Assembly (NCBI RefSeq): GCF_030684315.1
Contig: NC_081391.1
Coordinates: 1,612,001 to 1,676,000 of the forward strand
DNA length: 64,000 nucleotides
From: Stegostoma tigrinum
Taxonomy: Eukaryota
Direction: 5' to 3'
Shown here: in pieces, positions 50,270-63,246 of the stretch
How positions within the stretch are numbered: the first letter of the stretch is position 1
Layout of the letters: every line of letters starts with the position of its first letter
Translations under genes and position numbers: made by a program
Notes under the pieces: generated by a model
The model's database searches: none
Seen by the model: only the letters and a program-made list of their open reading frames with translations
What the model was told of the DNA's origin: nothing

Positions 50270-50815
50270 GGAGATAATGTTGGAGTTGTATAGAGTGTTG
50301 ATCAGGTTGCAACTGGAGTACTGTATGCAGTTCTAGTTACGTCACTACAGGAAGGGTGTGATAGCAGTAGGAAGTTGCAGAGGATGTTTACCAGGATATT
50401 GAATAGGATGGAGGAATTGAGCTATAAGAAGCAGCTAGATAGGTTTGGGTTTTTTTCTTCAGCCTGGAGAAGACCGAGGCAGGGGACATGATTGAGGTGT
50501 ACGAACAGGGTAAATAGATATCAGCTGTTTCCCTTTGTTGAGGGATCAATAACGAGAGGGCATAGTTCTAGGATGAGGGGGCAAGAGATTGAGAAGGGAT
50601 TTAGGGAAAAAATCTTTTCACTCAGCGGATGGTGGGAGTCTGCAGTGCACTGCCTGGAAAGGTAACGGAGGCTGGAAACCGTACAATCTTTAAAAAAACA
50701 TTTGGATAAGTACTTCTCATATGGGACAAGTGTAGGAAACTGGAATTAATGCATTTTAGCGGTAATAGCAGTGTAGACTCGTTGGGCTGAAGGGCCTTTT
50801 CTGAGCTGTATGAAT
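50270..50815 (+). mobile_element. CR1-like 3' end
   Basis: ctggagtactgtatgcagttc (LEYCMQF) through gggctgaagggcct. Confidence 0.7.
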
Positions 50816-52619
50816 TTAATAAGTCTTGTGGTGACCTTCATGACTCAAGAAGGTCAGAAATGACAGAAATGAAGCTGTAGTTGAGATGTTTGTAGTTAGT
50901 GAATTTTGGATTAAGCACAATTAATTTTACCCTGTCTCTGTGATTATCTGGTGTTTGTACAAATTTGTGAATTTTTAATGTTGCTCCTCGTCTTTTGTGG
51001 GACAGCCTATTATCTGCAAGAAGCCTGACACTGTCTGGACAAATTGGCAGCTTTGTGGTGGATCCAATGTAAATGATGCAGTTTCTGTTTAATTACAATA
51101 CATGTTGACAAATAAGCATTGCTTTAATGGGTGTAGCTCCTCAGAAATCCAGATATGGAGACAGTGGGGATTTGAAAGTGGAGGGCCACAGAGAGGGGCA
51201 GCCCAGTGAAAGGAAGAGGCCGAGAGTCTGACCACTGATGGATGGGGAATGTAAGCATCTGGGCCTGCAGAGGAGCAGTGGCTTCGGTCAGGAACTGGGG
51301 AAGATCTGAAGTCCAAGCAGTGACTGGGGAGGAGCTAGGGGCCTGGATGGCAACTGGGCAGGGGAGTTGAAACTTTGGCGACATTGCAGAGGAAGGCAGG
51401 CATTTGTGTGTTCTCGGCAGTGTTTTGTGGTATTAGGGTGTTGGCTTGTGCGTCTTTGTGATATGTAATGTGCTTCTCGGAGTCTGGGATTGCGGGACGC
51501 TGTCTTGGGGTTCTAGGTAATGTTTGGTGATCTGGGAGTAGCCTTAGAGTTGGGTGTTTATTCTTTTAAGATCTGGCATTCGGGGAGGGTGGGGGTTTGG
51601 GTAGGGTGTCTGCGGTCTAAGTGCTCTTCCATGGCTCCAGGCATGTTTTAACTGGAGGTTTGGGCCAAGGGATCAGGTAGATGCTTGATTATCTCCAGTC
51701 CAGGTGAAGTTTAGAAAATCAGCTGATTGTGAAGGGGCTTAATTAATATTCTCCCGAGGGTGGTTCACTGTCGGCAAACAGGTCTGAAGTTGTTTAAAAG
51801 AGGTTCTCTCTTTTTGGTACCCAACCTTTAAGTGCCAACATATGCCCTCACTTGTTATTTTGCAAGCTGACTATGCCATTTAGTTTGTGTTCAATTTGAT
51901 CTGCTCATGTGCTAGTGCATTCAGGGGATTGATATTGAAACTGAGGGAGAGCTTTCAAGCTGTGGTTGAACAGGTCAGGGTGCAGCATATTTGGGCACAG
52001 CTCCCATTCAGCTGTGCCAGTTAGCTCCAGCTTCTCACTTTTTTCCTCTGCTGTGTTGCAGCTGCGTTACCCATGACATCATTTTCTATTTTCCTTTCAG
52101 TTCTATTCAGAAAGGAGTAAGTGTTCTAAGCTCAGTATAACATAGATGCATCATCAGTTATTATGGATCTGTTAGTTTCTATTCTGTCTACCATTGACTC
52201 CTTGTTCCATGCAGTTAGAAGTGTTTCCATATATCAATCATTTTAATTCTTGGCCCCTTTTCTTCCATTGTCCTATGTAACTCCAGCGAAGATGAATGTC
52301 AATTCACTGAACAGCACCTGATCTTTCAGCTACCAAACTCCATATTGAGTGTAATAATCTCAGTCATTCCTTTTTTTTGGGATAACAAATCTTGGTAAAG
52401 ATTCTGCAATGTTCATCTTTCGTTTTTTCACTTGTCCTATCTGCTTTTGCCTTTATACTGTCATTCTTCTTGTCATTTAATTCCCTGATTTCCAAGCAAT
52501 TGTTTTCATGCCTCAATCTTCACTTTCCCTCCCTCCACTTGTATCATCTTGAACTTCTCCCAGTTCCAGCAAAAGGACTTATGGTGGAGACTGAGAGTCT
52601 TTTTTAATATCATTTACTG

Positions 52620-53640
52620 TAAGATCGAATTTTTGGCTTTTGAGTTAATAGGAACATGGAAGATAGGAGCATTTAGAACATAGAACATAGAACAGTACAG
52701 CACAGAACAGGCCCTTCAGCCCACAATGTTGTGCCGACCATTGATCCTCATGTATGCAACCTCAAATTTCTGTGACCATATACATGTCCAGCAGTCTCTT
52801 AAATGACCCCAATGACCTTGCTTCCACAACTGCTACTGGCAACGCATTCCATGCTCTCACTACTCTCTGCGTAAAGAACCTGCCTCTGACATCCCCTCTA
52901 TACTTTCCACCAACCAGCTTAAAACTATGACCCCTCGTGCTAGCCATTTCTGCCCTGGGAAATAGAGTTGATAGCCAGAGACTATCTATGCCTCTCATTA
53001 TCTTGTATACCTCAAAAGGTATGTAGTTTGTAGTCAGCATCCTGGTAAACCTTTTCTGTAGCCTGTCCAAATCCTCCTATCTTTCTGGTAGTGTGGTGAT
53101 CAGAACTGTGTACAATATTCCAAATGTGGCCGAACTGTTCTATACATATGCGAGGTTCAGAATGATTCTGGTCTATTCAAACTCACTCGGAAGGATTTCC
53201 ACAACTTGCAGTACTCCATGAGTGCTCTCACCAAGGCCCTATACAATTGCAGCAAGTTATCCCAACTCCTGTATTCAAATCTTATTGATAGGAATACCAA
53301 TATGCAGTTTGCCTTTTATACTGCCTGCTGCACTTGTGTGCTTACTTTTTGTGACTGGTGCATGAGGACGCCTCAATCTTGCTGAATGTTCCCCTCTGCC
53401 ATTTGGCAGCCATTTGAAAAATAATTGGCTTTCCTGTGTTTACTACCAAAGTAGATAACCTCACGTTTGTCCACACACAGCTTCTGCCGTGAATTTATCC
53501 ATTCATTCAGTCTGTCCAAATGACACTGCAACATCTCTCCATCCTTGTCACTACTCACCCATCCAACCAGTTTTCTGTCATCTGCACGTTTTGGGAGATT
53601 ACATTTAGTTCCATAGTCTAAATCATTTACATTATAATGT
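52620..53640 (-). mobile_element. Nested CR1-like fragments
   Basis: ORF LQKRFTRML..RGHSFKL..FFTQRVVRAWNALP and a (tagaaca)n tail at about 52673-52695. Confidence 0.75.
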
Positions 53641-53704
53641 GAATAGCTGGGGTCCGAACATCAATCCCTGCTCTACCCATCTCATTCAGGAGAAGGTTTT
53701 TTTT

Positions 53705-54003
53705 TAGATTAGATTCCCTACAGTGTGATAACAGGCCCTTCGACCCAACAAGTCCACACCGCCCCTTGGAGCATCCCACCCAGGCCCATCCCCCTATAAC
53801 CCACACACTCCTGAACACTATGGGCAATTTAGCATGGCCGATCCATCTAGCCTGCTCATCTTTGGGACGAAATCGGAGCACCCAGAGGAAACCCACGCAG
53901 ACACGGGGAGAATGTGCAAACTCCGCACAGTTACCCGAGGCTGGAATCTGGTCCCTGGCACTGTGAGGTTGCCGTGCTAACCACCTGAGCCACAGTGCTG
54001 CCC
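53705..54003 (-). mobile_element. tRNA-derived SINE (HE1-like)
   Basis: Close to the 6127 copy, including the tagattagatt tail. Confidence 0.85.
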
Positions 54004-54387
54004 CTCATTTTATTCTGCCTTGGGAGCCTACAACCCAATGATCTCAGTAGGGACTTCAGTTTCAAAATTTCCCCAGCCCCCAGCCTTATCCCATGATCAA
54101 CCCTCCCTCTCATCCCTGCCTCCTTGACCTGACACCATCTTCTCTCTCTCCTATCCGCTTCTCCCACCTCCATTGATTAATCCCCACTACTCCCTACCTG
54201 CACTCAACCATCACCATTCCACCAATATTCCCAAGCCCCCCCCCCCCTTCCCCGTCCCCCATTTCTGAAGAAGGGTCCTGATCTGAAACGTCAACTTTCC
54301 TGCTCCTCTGCTGTCAGCCCTGCTGCGTTCCTCCAGCTTCACACTGTCTTTTCTCTGACTCCAGCATTGGCAGTTTTTACTATCTCC
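54004..54387 (+). mobile_element. Penelope 3' fragment
   Basis: Degenerate GIY-YIG C-terminus, C-rich UTR, hammerhead and the family terminus. Confidence 0.75.
54265..54292 (+). ncRNA. Minimal hammerhead ribozyme motif
   Basis: CUGAAGA-A-GGGU(ccug)AUCU-GAAA-C-GUC within a Penelope 3' fragment. Confidence 0.5.
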
Positions 54388-54689
54388 ATTTATTCCTATC
54401 TTATATCTATCTCAGTAGACTATAGTGGCTTTTCTGAGAGCCTGAAGTTAATAATTAAACTGAGTGTATTTTTGTAGCCATGGTGATTTCTTTTAGAATA
54501 GTTTTTGAAGCCTACTTTAGAAATAATGGGCTTTTGTGCACCATTATTGACTTTTTGCTTACCTGTAGTGTTTTGGGCCCCAGCAAAGTCAATAATGGTG
54601 CCTAAAATAACAGTCTGTCCTGGACCTCCCCTATAGATGTGACAGCCAAGTAGGCAGAACAATGCTTCAGGAGGCTTAGGAAATTTGAC

Positions 54690-55180
54690 ATGTCCATAAG
54701 AACCCTCTCCAACTTTTATAGATGCACCATAGAAAGCATTCTGCCTGGGTACATAATAGCTTGGTATGGCAACTGCTTTGCCCAGAGCTTTAAGAAACTA
54801 CAGAAAGTTGTGAACACAGCATAGATCATCACAGAAGCCAACCTCCCATCCATGGACTTCATTCAGACTTGTTGCTGTAGAAAGGCTGCCAATATCGTCA
54901 AAGACCCTTCCCACCTTAGTAACACTCTCTTCCAACCAGCAGAAGATATAGAGGCTTGAAAGCGTACTGCAATCCCCTCTGTATTTCGACTACTGCACTC
55001 CACTAACTTCAAATCTAATGTTGACCTTGCTTTTGTGCACTTCCTGTGCAGCCATAGCCTGTATATCTCGGCTCTATCTAAGTACCCTATGATCTGTATA
55101 TCCTTATGATCTGCCTGTAATGTTCACAGAACAAAACTTTTCACTGTACTTAGGTAGACATAACATCAATAAATCAAATA
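54690..55180 (+). mobile_element. Rex1/Babar-like LINE 3' end
   Basis: tatagatgcaccatagaaagcattctg (YRCTIESIL), tggtatggcaactgc (WYGNC) and aaactacagaaagttgtg (KLQKVV), ending in aataaatcaaat. Confidence 0.65.
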
Positions 55181-55918
55181 CTTCTGGAAATTTTTTTAAG
55201 CTTAAGGGAGCCCCACACTTTGGAGGGGAAATTTCTTTTACTTTGTCTTTTGTGCATTCCTGAGGAGTCTCTATTTTTAAGATGCTTATAATGACCAGTG
55301 CTTCTGAGAAACGAAGGATAAGGAGAGCAGTGTTAGTCCCAGACTAGAAGTGTTGGGATAAGATCCAGAAGAGGGTACTTTAAACTGAGTACATTTAAAC
55401 TCTGGTGTAGAATAACTCCGGAGGAAGCTACCTGCAATTCCAGTCCAAAAGTTAAAGTCGTGAATGACTTAAACCTTCTGAGATGTCAAAGACAGGGACA
55501 CTGGTGTGAATACTGTCCTGGAGGTGTTCTGTTTACAACACAAAATCTGTTTTCCATTTTAATGTACAGGTAAGTAATAGTATCTTGAGGGAAGAGTTCC
55601 TGCAGTGTGTACAAGGTGGTTTTCTGGATCAATACATTAAGGAACCAACTTGAGGACAAGGCATTCTAGGCTGGGAGAGAAACAGAAACAACTTGGCAGG
55701 TCTGGCAGCATCTGTGGAGAGAAAGCAGAGTTAACGTTTCTGGTCTGATGACCCTTCTTCCAAATGCAGAACAGCCTAGACTGGGAATTGTGTAACGAGA
55801 AAAGATAACTTGCAGGCCAGCTGTGCACTGACCCTTGGGGAAGAGTGGCCAAAAATGATAAAATTCTTGATTTTACTGACATAGTTAAATCTGCAAATAG
55901 GGTAAGAATATAAATAGC

Positions 55919-56207
55919 TTCCCTACAGTGTGGAAGCAGACCTTTTGGCCCATTGAGTCCGCACCATCCCACCAAGATCCACCCCTACTCATTCCCTGTT
56001 ATCTGACATTTACTTTGTATAATCCACCTAACCTACACAATTCTGGACACAATCAAAAATTTAGCATGGCTAATCCACCTAACCTGCCTATCTTTGGACT
56101 GTCGGAGGAAATCCATGCAGACGGGAGAATGTGCAAACTCCACACAGGCTGGAATTGAACCCGGGTCCCTGGCGCTGTGAGGAAGCAGTGCCCATGACTG
56201 AGCCACC
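55919..56207 (-). mobile_element. tRNA-derived SINE (HE1-like) nested in a CR1
   Basis: Same head and core motifs as the other copies. Confidence 0.8.
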
Positions 56208-57205
56208 TATAGGGAAGTTATTGATGGTATGTGGCATGAGCTGATTATAATAATAGCTGATGGCAAACACTTAGACTACATGCAGGAACTGCAAAAATTG
56301 TTCATTCCTGTCTGGCACAAAAATAAAATGGGGATATAGGCAGCCTAACCATAGCTAAGGAGCAAATTTAGGAATAGTATTAGATCCAGGGAAGGGACAT
56401 ACAAATTGGTCAGAAAAAAAAAAGCAGACTTGAGGTTTGGGAGCAGTTTAGATTTCAGCAGAAGTACACAAAGGGATTAAGTAAGAGTGCAAGCTTTCAG
56501 GAAACCTAAATGCTGATTGCAAAAGCTTGTACAAGTATGTAAAGAGATGAAGATAAATGTCGGTCCCTTTATAGTCAAGCAGTTGAAGTTATATTGGGGA
56601 ATAAAGAGATGACAGACCAATTTAATGAGTATCCTGTCTTCTCAAAGGAGGGCACAACGTCCCAGATATATTGGGAACTACGTGGTCTAATGAGGGTGAG
56701 AAACTGAAAGAATAATCTACATTTCAGACTATTTAAGAAGTAATGGATACATTGGTGATCATCTTTCAAGATATGATATACTCTGGAACAGTTGCTATGA
56801 CTTAGAGGGTTGCTATTGTAACCCCACTATTTTAAAAAAAAACGTAATGGAGAGAAAGCAAGGATTTATGAATTGGTTAGCCTGATATCAGTGGTAGCAA
56901 AAATGCAAGCGTCCATTATAAAAGATTTAATAGCTGAGCACTTTGAATTCAGTGACAGGATTGGACACAGTCAGCATGGATTTATGAAAAGGAAATTATG
57001 CTTGGCAAATCTTCCAGACTTTCTGGTGGATATCACAAGTCGAGTTGATAAGGAGGTGCACAGTGGCTGTACTTTACTTGGACTTTCAGAAGACTTACAG
57101 TAAGTTCCTAAATACGCGATTAACATGTCAAGTTGAAGCGCTGGGATTGGGTGTAATATACCAACATGAATAGAGAACTGGTTGACGGGCATGAAACTGA
57201 GTAAT

Positions 57206-58146
57206 GAACAGAGGAATTCTGGACGCCAAAATGGAAGCTGATTGTTGTTCTTTTCTCATGAATTTAGTCCCTGCGAATACTTTGAGGTGGTAGGTTTCTT
57301 TTAATTTGTTGCGTCTAATAATGATAAATGCGTCGTCTACATACCGGATCCACAGTTTAGGTTGCATGTGAGAGTGGGTGGTGTGTTCTAATCTTTGCAT
57401 GACTGTCTGTGTGTTTAGTCCTGAGATGGGTGGCTCCATTGTGCCAATGATCTGTTTGTATACTTGACCATTAAAGACGAAGTGTGTGGTGAGGCAAGGT
57501 CTAGTAGTTTGAGTATGTTGTCATTGCTGATGGAGCTGCTGGCCTGCATTCCTGCTTCCTCTAGTAATGTGGCCAGTGTTTGTTTGGGTAGTGGGATGTT
57601 GATTGATGAATAATGCTGTGACGTCAAAAGATGCTATAATCTTGTCGTCACTGATTTTTGTTCTTGAGGGTATTGAGGAATTCTTGGATTGAGTGGATGG
57701 AATGGGGAGATCTGTCAACTCGGTGTTTCAGCCTCTCAGAATACATGAACATCAGCTAGCAACAAAACAACACAATGAACTTTGCTTAATATGAGTACAC
57801 TCAGACAATGAAGGCCATCAGCTTAGCTAGGACAGCGTAACTATTGTAGTCCAAGCCAAACACAGACAGACAGGAATTCCTAGATGCATGGTTCTCAACC
57901 CCTAAGGCAAACAAGAAACATATAGAATTGGACCCCTTATACAAACCTGGAAATCACACTACTCATTATCACAGACCGGCAGTATAAATTCCAACTGAAG
58001 TGGAACAACATCGCTTCATTGGAGGCCTCATTGATGTTACCTAGCATGGTGGTGAAGCGTCTGAACAAAAGCAGTTCAGCTCAGTGAGCAAGTCAACAAC
58101 CTCACCCATAACCAAGCTACAAATCTTTGCTAAAACTTTAAACCAA
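57206..58146. mobile_element. Penelope-like element of a different family, with inverted 5' part
   Basis: Minus-strand RT fragments IASFDVTALF, xPISG and WIRYVDDAFII (about 57215-57735). The plus-strand 3' part carries a degenerate hammerhead at about 58028-58063. Interrupts a CR1, with GAGTAAT on both sides. Confidence 0.75.
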
Positions 58147-59489
58147 GAGTAATATTCTGCGTGGCAGCCAACGACCAGTGAGTTACTACAGGAATTGATG
58201 CTTGGACCCCCAATATTCTCAATATATATGAGTAATTTAGATGAGGGAACTAAATGTGAATACTCCGCCTTTGCAGATGAGACAAAGCTGGGGGCGAAAG
58301 TGAACTGTGAGGGGGCTGCTTCAATGTGATTTGGACAACTTAATGATTGGACCAATGTACGGCAGATAAAAATATAACGTAGATAAATGAGGTTATCCAC
58401 TTTGGTTGCAAAAACGTGAAGGCAGCTATTTCTCTGGAAGACGATAGATCGAGAAAGAGAGAGGTGCAACGATACCTGAGTGCCCTTCTGCACCAGTTAC
58501 TGAAAGTTTGCATGAAGGTGCAACAGACGGGGAAGAGGCAAATGGTAGTCTTAATGAGAGGATTCAAATACAGGAGCAGGGGTGACATGCTTCAATTGTA
58601 CGGGGCCTTGATGAGACGACACCTGGAGTATTGTGTGTAGTTTGGGTCTGCTTAACTGGGGAAGAACCTTCTGAAAATGGAAGGAGTGTAATGACAATTA
58701 ATCAGATTGATTTCTGAAATAACAGGATTGACATATGTTGAGACACTAGATCGCTTGTATTCACCAGTGTGTAGAAGAATGAAGAGTGAATCTCATAGAA
58801 GTGTATAAATTTCTAACAGGATAAATGCAGGAAGGATGTTCCCAATGACCAGGGAGCCCTGAACCAGAGGTTACAGTCAAAGTTAATGGTGTATGCCATT
58901 GAGGATTGAGATGAGGAAAATTTCTTCTGACCCTGGTGAGTCTGTGGAATTCTCTGCCATAAACAACTGGTGAGGCCAATATATTGAATGTTTTCAAGAA
59001 GGATATGTAGTTCTTCGAGCTAAAAGGATCAAAGAGTATGGAGCAAAAGGTGGAGCAATGTACTGAGTAGAGTGATCAGCCATGATCATAGTAAAGGCAC
59101 AGCAATCTTGAAGGACTGAATGGCATATTCCTAATGCTATTTTCAATGTTTCTGTAATAGGGAAAATTGTTTTAGAATTAATGGGTTAAATATTTTTACC
59201 GTTTGTTTCAAAATCTTTATTAGTAGATAGTTTGGCTTATTCTATTTTATCTTAATTTCTTTTAATAAGCTTCTCTTTTATTGTTCAAGCAAAATCTGCA
59301 GCTTTGCATAGTTATGTTTCAGCAACGCACCACATCGATCTGTTTTTGATTTGTTTTAATCTATCAAGCGAGGTTTCAGTTAGTCTGTGATCTGGAGACA
59401 ATAAGGACAGCAGATGATGGAAGCCAGAGTCTACAGGTGTGAAGCTGGAAAAGCACAGCTGGTCAGACAGTCGTCAGTGATCTGACTTA

Positions 59490-62400
59490 GAGTCATAGAG
59501 TAATATAGTGTGAAAACAGGCCCTTCGGCCCAAACTGATGCATGCTGACAATGGTGCCCACTCAGCTAGTTCTGATTGCTCAGGTTTGCTTCATGCCGCT
59601 CTAAACCTTTCCCATCTGTGTACCTATCCAAATGTTTTGTAAATTTTGCTGTGATACCTGCCACAACCACTTTCTCCGGCAGCCCTTCCATATACGCACT
59701 ACTGCCTGCATGCAGAAGTAGCCCCTTGAGTCCATCTTAAATTTTTCCCCTCTCACCTTAAACCTATGCCCTCTAGTTTGCAATTCCCCAACCCTTGGGA
59801 ATTAAAACTATACGCATTTATCCTATCTATGCCCCTCATGATTTTCTACAACTCAATAAAGTCACCCCTTATTCTCTTACGTTCCAAGGAATGAAGTCCT
59901 GTGCTGTCCACCCTCTTAATGTACTCAGTGTCTCGACTGAGGAAGACCAGCATGCTAAATACCGCCTTTACCACCCTGTCTACCTGTGACACCGTTTTCA
60001 GTGAACTATGTACTTGTGCTCCTAGGTCCCTCTGTTCCACAACATTCCACAGGACCTTACCAATTACTGTGTAAATCCTATGTTGGTTCGACTTTCCAAA
60101 GTGCAACACCTCTCACTTATCTGTATTGAATTGCATTTGCCAATGCTCAGCTCAATTCTCATCCAATCAGGATTCCTCTGTAATTTTTGATAATCTTCCA
60201 TGCTATCAACTGTACCTGCTAATTTTTTTATTATCCGCAAACTTAGTAATCATGCCTTTTAATTTCACACACAGATCATTATTGTCAATGACAAAAAACA
60301 AAGGTCCCAACACCAATCCCTGTGGCGCGCCACTGATCACAGGCCTTCATTCCAAGAAACAGCCTTCAACCATCACCCTCTGCTTCCTACCATTGAGCCA
60401 ATTTTGAATCCAATTTTGAATCCAATTAGCTAGCTGTCCCTGGATCCCATGCAACATAACCTTTGTGACTCGCCTGCCGTGTGGGACCTTGTCAAAGGCC
60501 TTACTAAAGCCCATGTAGACAATATCCACTGCCCTCGCATCCATCGTCTTGGTTACCTCTTCGAAAAGCTCTAAAAGATTTGTCAGACATGACTTCCTGC
60601 ACACAAATCCATGCTGACTATCCCTAATCAGACCTTGACTGTCCAAATGTTGATTGATCTTGTCCCTTAATATCCTCTCCAATAATTTGCCTCCTACTGA
60701 TGTCAGGCTCACTGTCCTGTAGTTCCCTGGCTTTGTCTTTGCTGCCTTTCTTAAATAATGGAACAACATTAGCCACCTTCCAGTCTTCTCGAACTTCATC
60801 AGTGGCTAAAGATGAAGCAAAATTCTCTGCAAGAGCCTGTGCGGTTTCTTCCCTAGCCTCCTATGATGTCCGAGGATGGACTTGATCAGGCCTGGGGCAT
60901 TTGTCCACCTAAATATGCTTTAAGGCTACAAACGCCTCCTCTCTGGTAATGTGTGGCTCAAAACATCCCCACCTGTTTCCCTTATTCTTTAGCATGCATG
61001 ATTCTCTCCGCAGTAAACTCTGAGGAGAAGTATTCATTAAAAATCTCCCCCATCTCCTGTGGCTCCATACATAGACCACCATGCTGATCTTTATGGGAAT
61101 CTAAAGTCTCCCTAACCACCCTGTTACTCTTAATATAGCTATAAAACCTCTTGGAATTATCTTTAACCTTATCTGCTAGATCCACGTCGTACCCTGTTTT
61201 TGCTCTTCAGATTACCCTCTTGACTCCGCTCCTAGATTTTTTGTTAATCTAGGAATTCATTTGAGCCTGATAACTTAAACCCAATGTATGCCGCCTCCTT
61301 TTTCCTGACCAGAGCCTCAGTATCCCTCGTCAGCCAGGGATCCCTAAATCTGCGACCTTTTCCCTCCGCCAGGGACATACTATCCCTGGACTCTTGATAT
61401 CACATTTTTAAAAGCCTCCCGTTTTCCAGTCGTAACTTTTCCTTCAAACAGACTCACCTAGTTGACCTCTCCTAAATCCTGCCTAAAGGCCTCAAATTTA
61501 GCCTTGCTCTAGTTTAGCACCTTAACCTGTGGATGTGTTCTATCTTTTTCCATAACTATGTTAAAACTGAGACAGTTATGGTCACTGGACCCAAAATGTT
61601 CTCCAACTGACAATTTACTCACTTGCCCGATCTTGTTTCCTAGGAGCAGGTCCAGTGTTACACCCTCCCGAGTAGGGCCCTCTAAAATCTCCAACCAACT
61701 CTATTATTCCTACAGGTACCTGCAATCTTACTACATGTCTTCTCCTCCGAGAGCCCGCTGCCTATTTGCGGATCTGTAATACAGCCCCAACAGAGTGACT
61801 GTCCCCTTCTTGTTTCTAAATTCTAACCATATGGCATCACTTGATGACCCCTTAAGAATATCCTGTCTAAGCAGTGTTGTTATGTTCTCCCTTATCAAAA
61901 GGACAACTCCCCTTCCTCACTTACTTGTACTTCTGTCACTCCCGTAGCTTCTGTATCCTGGAGTATTGAGCTGCCAGTCCTGCCCTTTACTCAGCCAAGC
62001 TTCTGTTGAGGCAATTATATCCCAATCACCAGGGCCAGTCCATGCTCTGAACTCGTCTGCTTTACCAGTCAGGCCTCATGCATTGAAATAAATGCATTTA
62101 AAACCAAAAGTCTTTTCCCTCCCTTTATTGTGCCCCTGGCCATCCTGAATAGTAAGCTTGCCCTCGATGGGTAATGTATTTTCCCCGACTCCTCGATGGC
62201 CCCTCTCTTATTCAGAGTCCCATCCGCCTGCAAAACTGTTGTAAATCCACCTGGGTAACACTAGCAAATCTCCACACAAGGATATTCATCCCCCTCCGCT
62301 TTGAGTGCAACCTGTTCCTCTTGTACAGATCACCTGTACCCCAAAGAGATCCCAATGATCCAAGAAATGAAAACCCTGCCCCCTGCACCAGCTCCTCAGC

Positions 62401-62690
62401 CACACATTCATCTGGCCAATCTTTCTATTTCTATCCTCACTGACACGTGGAACTGGGAGTAATCCAGATATCACTGCCCTTGAGGTCCTGCTTTTTAACT
62501 TCTTACCTAATGCATTTCACGGGACCCCATCCCTTTGTGCACATTGTCTACCTCGGTCATTTGTACCAATGACCTCTGGTAGTTCACCCTCCCCCTTCAG
62601 AATGTTCTGCAACCACTTAGAGACATCCTTGACCCTGGCGCCCAGGAGGCAATATACAACCCTGGTGTCTTTTCTGCGGCCACAGGATCT
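59490..62690 (-). mobile_element. Near-full-length decayed CR1-like LINE (ORF1 esterase-like plus ORF2 endonuclease/RT)
   Basis: PGNYRTVSLTSVGGKLLE..SQHGF..FSKAFDKVPH, GPTREGVTLDLLL..SSDHN, and ORF1 ISGLLPVPR..NVWLRSWCRGQGFHFLDHWDLF. Confidence 0.88.
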
Positions 62691-62930
62691 TCTGTCTGTC
62701 CCCCTTTATAATTGTGACATGTCCAGTAATAACATAACAAACTTGAAGCATTAACACTCTTTCTCTCTGCACAGATGCTACCAGACCTGCTGAGTTTCTC
62801 CAGTATTTTCTGACCAGTATGTCTTACATGATACTTTTCAGGACAGGGCTATTTGTGTCAGGGTGCGAAAAGAGAGAGTCAGCAACATGGAGTGTACGTC
62901 ACTAGCATGCTTTGTGACTTTCAGTTCCAT

Positions 62931-63246
62931 CATGGTGGCTCAGTGGTTAGCACTGCAGCCTCACAGCACCAAGGACCCAGGTTCGATTCCAGCCTTGGGT
63001 GATTGTCTATGTGGAGTTTGCACATTCTCCCCGTGTCTCTGTGGGTTTCCTCCGGGTGCTCCGGTTTTTTCCCACAGTCCAAAGATGTGCAGGCTAGGTG
63101 GATTGTCCATGCTAAATTTCCCCCTAGTGCTCAGGGGTGTGCGTGGGTGTTATAGGGGATGGGTCTGGGTGGGATACTTCAAGGGGCAGTGTGGACTTGT
63201 TGGGCCAAAGAGCCTGTTTCTACACTGTAGGGAATCTAATCTAATC
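62931..63246 (+). mobile_element. tRNA-derived SINE (HE1-like)
   Basis: A box TGGCTCAGTGG, B box GGTTCGATTCC (62980-62990) and an aatctaatctaatc tail. Confidence 0.88.

Larger units (their letters stand above)
55581..59153 (+). mobile_element. Long CR1-like LINE carrying three nested insertions
   Basis: SQHGFMKRKLCLANL, FADETKLG and RRHLEYCV motifs. Flanked by GTAATAG (55574-55580, 59154-59160). Confidence 0.8.

Noticed and set aside
62931-63000. tRNA-like sequences (also near 6350-6420, 15614-15685, 3972-4060)
   Set aside because: These are SINE heads with A/B boxes followed by SINE body and tail; no complete cloverleaf.
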